Assembly: GCF_006345805.1 (NCBI RefSeq)
Contig: NW_021833797.1
Location: forward strand, 1 to 54,073
Length of the DNA stretch: 54,073 nucleotides
DNA from: Octopus sinensis
Lineage: Eukaryota
Reading direction: 5' to 3'
The notes under the pieces are model-generated. The model saw nothing but the letters and a program-made list of their open reading frames with translations, had not been told where the DNA came from and did not search any database. Positions within the stretch are counted from its first letter, which is position 1, and every line of letters starts with the position of its first letter. Of the stretch, positions 48,290-54,073 are shown piece after piece. The position numbers and the translations under genes are program-made.

Positions 48290-49659
48290 ATATATAATCC
48301 CTTTAAGTATGTAAAGTATCCCAGTTAGAAGAAAAATTGCAGTAAAAAAAAACTACATAAATACGCAGTTATCATGATAATCACAATAAATAAGTATGTT
48401 TGTTTGATTGTTTGTTTGTGTATGTGTGTGTGTGCGTATATGTAAGTGTGTGCGTATGTGTGCACGAATATACGTGCGTGCGAATAATGGTGAAAAACTT
48501 AATGGAAACGTCTTGAAACAGAATCGTTTCTAAGATTTAAATCTAACTTCGTCTAAACCATGAATCTGATCTGTATAACACTAAGAGGTTCTTAGGTGTT
48601 GGTCAGATGTGTTTATAGGGGTGGGCGTGGAAGGAGGTGAGAGAGTGTGTTATTGATACTACTTAGAAGAGTTATAAAAAGAAACACCCACTAAATTTAC
48701 TCAAGAGATTCCCCACCGCCACCGCAAGCCCTACTATCCACCGTCACCACTTTCTCAACCAAGATCACTCCTTTGCATTTATTGCAAGAAGCTCCTAATA
48801 ATATCTGTATTTGACAGCAAAGCTTTTGCGATGAAAGGAGGCGAACGTTTTGACTGTCTATTTGGACAGAAACATATCAATGCCATTAGTAAAAGGAGAG
48901 GTGCAAGCGACTGTAAAAAGTTTAAGAAGGATGACAAAAAACAAAAAAAAAAAAAACAGCAACAACCGAGGAGACAAGAAAGTTCAGGAAGAAAAAAAAT
49001 ATGACAAGAGAAGACGAAACGTTAAAAAGAAAAAAACAGAAATCAAGGTAAAATGTAAACCAGAAAGAAGCAAAAAGAGAAAAAGAAAAAGAAAAAAAAG
49101 AAAGAAAAGCTAGCGCAATATTACTGTTTCAATGATGTCAACAACAATTACAAAACAAATAAAGAAAGAAAAAGAAGAAGGAGAAAGAGAAGAAAATAAG
49201 AAATTGTAAATGAAATGTGTAAGATGTGTGAAAGAAGAAATCATTCTGTTGAAGTGTATAGTTGAAGCGAAGTTAATGCTGTTTTGAAAGGTCTCTTTAC
49301 ATCAATGAGAGCAGTACAAGTGTGTTTGTGTTAAATACCACAGCCTTCTCTCTCTCTCTCTCACTCACTCTCTCAGTTTCTCACACTCTCCCTTTCTCAC
49401 ACTCTCCTTTTCTTACTTTTTTTTTTTATCTCTCTCTATTCTGTATGCTGTATGACCGTGTGTTGTGTGTTGTGCGTTTGGCAAGAAAGAAAAAAAAAAT
49501 CATATAATGAAGATAAATAAAAAATCCTCATCCACACACAAGAAAAAAAAACTGACATCGATTTCAAAGATCTCTTATACATATATACATAGTACAGAGA
49601 CGCGGGCGTGTGTGTGTGTGTGTGTGTGCGAAGTATATGAGCAAAATGCATGAGTGAAT

Positions 49660-49859
49660 ATGTATATATATATGTCATATTATATATATCTGCAAATACA
49701 TACGTATAATTAGATATTTATAATATGTATAATTAAATACACATATGTATATACGTATATATATATATGTATATATATATAATATATATATATATATAAT
49801 ATATAATATATATATCTTATCTTTGTATATGTAAAGATATATATATACATGTATATATA

Positions 49860-49905
<46 letters not shown>

Positions 49906-50422
49906 GTGTAGGGGTTCGTGTGTATGTGCGTATACACGCATACACATATCTGTATCTTTCTTTATACAAATACATATATTGTATATCTATGTATGTACAT
50001 ATGTATATGTACATGTATGTAAATACATTATATAAATAAATAAATAAACAAATAAATAAAAAATAAAATGTGTTATATAAAAGATATGTAGCCAGATAAC
50101 TAAGAGATATAAGAAAAATACACCCACATTCAACACACGCACGCGCACACACACACACACACACATACATACTTGCTCACTTACACATATATACACAAAC
50201 AAACAAATCACAGTAACAAGTAACTAATATATAAATATAAATAAGATGCTTTCAGAATTGAAATGATATTTTTTCAGTTATTTTGTAAAAAAAAAAAAAA
50301 TAAAAAATATAAGAAAAAAATTCAATAAGTTAATAAGACAAAACAAAACACACATACACAACACATACATATAAACATAAACATCAGACGCACACACAAC
50401 ACACACAAACACACACACACAC

Positions 50423-50458
<36 letters not shown>

Positions 50459-51114
50459 AAAATTGATTTCTCTCAGTTTGTTTCGTTGATAACTGTCTTC
50501 AAACAGAAACATGCAAACAGACATTTAAACTAAACTCGAAAAATAAAAAAAAAATTCTATAATAATAATAATAATAATAATAGTAATAATAATAATAATG
50601 CTGATGATGATTGCAATAATAATAATAATAATAATAATAATATTAATAATAATAATAATAATAACGATAATAATAATATTAATAATAATATCAATAATAT
50701 TAATAATAACAACAACAATAATCTGAGTTAATTTTTGAATCTAAAGTGAAGTCGGATAGTAATGTAATAAATGTGACTTGTGTGTAACACGGATGACTGC
50801 CTATCAATTACTTTTACTTCCTTATCATACATATCTTTTTGCCATTTTCACTGATTCCAAGATTGTAAGAGAACGAGAGAGAGAGGGGGAGAGAGAGAGA
50901 GTGAGTGAAGTAGAAGGAAAAGTGAGGGGGAGGAAGAAAAAAAGGCAATAAAATTTATGTTGTGACTCAAGATTTACACTTTTTGTTTTATGTTTTGTTT
51001 TGTTTTGTTTTAAGTAGAAGTGTCGTTTTCAGCTTCACTGTTATAGAACAGCCTAAACACTAATATATATATATATGTAATTATGTGTGTGTGTATATAA
51101 ATAAGTATATCTAT

Positions 51115-51177
<63 letters not shown>

Positions 51178-51954
51178 GAAAAAACACTCCAGGAAAGAGA
51201 AAAAATATATACACACTTACAGAAAGATCAATAGAGAAAGATGAAGGTAAGTCGTATTTTTGAAGTGTAAAGATTTCATAGCAAAAAAAAAAGAAGAAAC
51301 GAGAGAGAGAGAGAGAGACAGAGAGAGCGAGCGAGCGAGAGAGAGAGAGACAGAGAGATAGTTAGGGGAGGAGATAGGGAGAGAGAGAGAAAGCGGAGGG
51401 AGCGAAGGAGTGTGAGGTAAAAAAAAAACATATATTAAGAAAGAGGCCCAAGAAATTCTAATGGACAATAAGATTCATCAGACCATGAGACGAAATCTTT
51501 GAATTGTATGTTCTGCTATGTATTGCTGGACATCATTTCCTTTGTGCATGACACAGTAAGAAAGTCTCCATCAGAATAAACATAGCAATGTTGTGTATGT
51601 GAATATATATACATATGTATGTATATATATATATATATATATATGTAGATATATTTACATATATCTATCTATCTATCTATCTATATATATATATACGTAT
51701 GTATATGTATGTATATATATGTATATATATTTACCTCTATATATGTCTGTGTGTATGCATACATATTTATTTATGTATGTATATATACAAATATATATAA
51801 ATATATGTATATGTATATATATACATATATACATGCATACATATATGTATATACACACACACGATAATATTATATATATATATATACATGCATAATATAT
51901 GAATACACACACAGATATATGTATACATACATACATACATACATACATACAAAG

Positions 51955-52005
<51 letters not shown>

Positions 52006-52010
52006 GTATT
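49660..52010. repeat. Dense TA/CA/GA/TAA microsatellite mosaic in the putative Post1 intron
   Basis: Direct reading. Confidence 0.93.
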
Positions 52011-52017
52011 CCTTTAC

Positions 52018-52130
52018 CCTGAACTGCTGCTGCACCGTAACCACAGCCTTATGGCCTATGCATCTCTCCATAGCTTCGCGGCTTTTAAGATGAAAGGAAA
52101 ACCGGGCGTGTTAAACTTACACGTAACCAT
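52018..52130 (-). CDS. Post1: Candidate first coding exon of Post1 (two alternative ATG/donor models)
   Basis: Non-repetitive island after a GA-rich putative 5'UTR. Model A: gctATGg at 52071, donor CAGG|GTAAAG at 52017; phase 1 needs one extra A at 52049-52050. Model B: ATG at 52130, donor CGT|GTAAGT at 52120, phase 1 without correction. No transcript evidence. Confidence 0.45.
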
Positions 52131-53581
52131 GCCGAAGCATTGAAGTCTTTTAATGTTAGTCACAAAAGACTTCTCGGTATGAAAGTTTAACTCTGTTAAA
52201 AAGTTTGTGCCAAGAAAAACAGCTTCTTCCACCTTGATGCCGCTATTTCTTCTGTTTTCTATTTTTTTTGTTTCTCTTTTTTTTGTTCTTCTCTTCTTCT
52301 TCTTCACCTCTCTCTCTCTCTCACTCTTTGAAGAATATTTAACACGCTTTTTAGCTTTCTTAGACGTTTCTGCAATCTATCCAAATATTCTTTGAGCAAA
52401 GTAGTCACGGTGGGTGTTTTTAGCAATTGTTAAGAATTATTCAAAAGTCATTGCTAATGTCCCTTTAAGTGCTTTCCGAGCCTCATTAGTCGTTGATATT
52501 CCAAAGTTATACTGTAGACAGTCATCGTTCATTTATCAAGTGCTTACTAGATATAATATTTTTCTTTATTCTTTATCTTTTTTATTTATATATATATACA
52601 TACATATATATATTTCTATTTCTTTTTATTCTTCTTTCTCACGTCTTTTTGCTACCTCAGTTTCATCAGGCACGACCAGATTTTTATGATCACAAAAACA
52701 CGTAACGTTGATACTAAAAGATTTTGAAGAATTCGATTTAAGTATTAAGCCAAAGAGCCGTTAAAAAACATATTTACAACTAATGGAAAATAGCCTACAT
52801 TATTTTTAGCCGTCTTCCTATCCATTTCAAGTTTTTATTTATTTGTCCCACCATTTACATCCTGCTGTAGCTGTATGTTCTATCAACACCACACCGCTCT
52901 TACACTACAGAATATCAAGCATATCACATTATCAATTTCCTCCAGCCCCAACATATATTAACATCCCCATCACCATCACCATCGTCATCGTCATCACCAC
53001 AACCGTTTCCACCAACTCCGCCTTCACTCTAAATGACATTTTCCCCCATACGAAACTAGTTGATAGAACACAAAGCCATACCATAAAGCCACCCATCCAT
53101 AACGGTATTCTATTATTTCTTTTTATTAAATCCTTTCATCTGGGTACATCTCAGGTGGTCATTGGAATATCTCCCATTCATAAACGATGTTGTTAGTTAT
53201 ACGTTTCAGCGATAGAAAAAAATAATACAAAAAAAGGGGGCTGGTTAAAAATTGAAACTGGAATCTAGTTGTTTCCTATAGAATTATCTATCATTTGTCC
53301 GACTCGGTGCATTCCAACTGATGGACTGAAGTGCTTTCTTTTCCGCCTGCATTCGGTTCTTTCTTTTTCTCCTGCATACTCAGACGCAGGCATAGCTGTG
53401 TGGTTAGAAGCTCGATTTACAAGTGTATGGTTTCGGGTTCAATGCTACTGTGTAGCGCCTAGGGCAAATACCTTCTACTTTAGCCACGGGGCGACTAATG
53501 TCTTGAGTGGAAATTTGGCAAACGGAAATCGTGTGAAGCCATAGTATATACTTGTGTACGTGTATGTGTGTGTATATATAT

Positions 53582-53717
53582 AATTCATAAATGAGGGCAA
53601 AGGAAAAAAATTTCTAATGCCAAATATGCCGAAAAATTGGACATATTGTCCATTACCAACTTTTCGGCATATTTGGCATTAGATTAGAAATTTTTTCCTT
53701 TGCCTCATTTATGAATT
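53582..53717. repeat. ~58-bp-stem hairpin
   Basis: aattcataaatgagg..gccgaaaaattgg / ccaacttttcggc..cctcatttatgaatt, with a 5-bp duplication in the right arm. Confidence 0.85.
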
Positions 53718-53944
53718 GTTTATAAATTTAACCGTTAAAGGTATTTTTAATATGCTGGCCATTGATAAAAAATGTTTTTCGAGAGAATATTTTTTTCGAA
53801 AAGAATTTTATCCTCACATTTGATATAAAATTAAAAATTGTATAATATAGCAGCATTTTCGAACTTCATTTTTTACAAATATTATATATATATATATATA
53901 ATATATATATACATACACATAACACATACATACATACAGACATA

Positions 53945-54073
53945 CAGGGTGTTTCAAAAAATTTGATATCATTTTGCAATCTAATAACTTTGTCAGTTCT
54001 TGTTCAAATGACTTCACATTCTCACAGCATTTGTAGAAACAGGTAAAAGTTTCATGCTTAATGTTTGATAAGT
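53945..54073 (+). mobile_element. Left end of a Tc1/mariner-type element running off the window
   Basis: TA-CAGGGTGTTTCAAAAAA terminal motif following a TA/CA microsatellite. Confidence 0.55.

Noticed and set aside
52056-52130. A-to-I recoding of TAG (52058-52056) to TGG to open MVTCKF...[10 protein letters not shown] into exon 2
   Set aside because: That frame gives DRSTETRRPY rather than the canonical LRKRRRPY arm and still needs the 45960 fix; no evidence for editing.

Overview
AT-rich, repeat-dominated eukaryotic DNA with no bacterial-type features. The tRNA-headed SINE families, dense TA/CA/TTA/TATC microsatellites and a spiralian Post1 homeobox point to a coleoid cephalopod, probably Octopus (inference, no search run). 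The only host gene I can support is the posterior Hox gene Post1 on the minus strand. Its homeobox exon (46126-45857) has two single-base deletions that split the homeodomain over three frames, and a candidate first exon lies near 52.0-52.1 kb. The rest is about 30 SINEs of four families, mariner/Tc1/hAT remnants, L1/Tx1-like and R4/Dong-like LINE fragments, a 1.6-kb-arm inverted duplication, a 149-bp hairpin-bearing minisatellite and several fold-back palindromes. The most unexpected signal is a cluster of type I hammerhead ribozyme motifs at 9.26-10.14 kb: one minimal, plus two canonical GUC-cleaving copies in opposite orientation inside a nested fold-back element. Variant or degenerate hammerhead-like motifs occur at 4.8, 29.1, 29.5 and 48.1 kb, suggesting Penelope-like/retrozyme activity. 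Nearly all ORF-track entries are microsatellite or SINE translations. Repeat boundaries are read by eye and approximate unless exact motifs are quoted.
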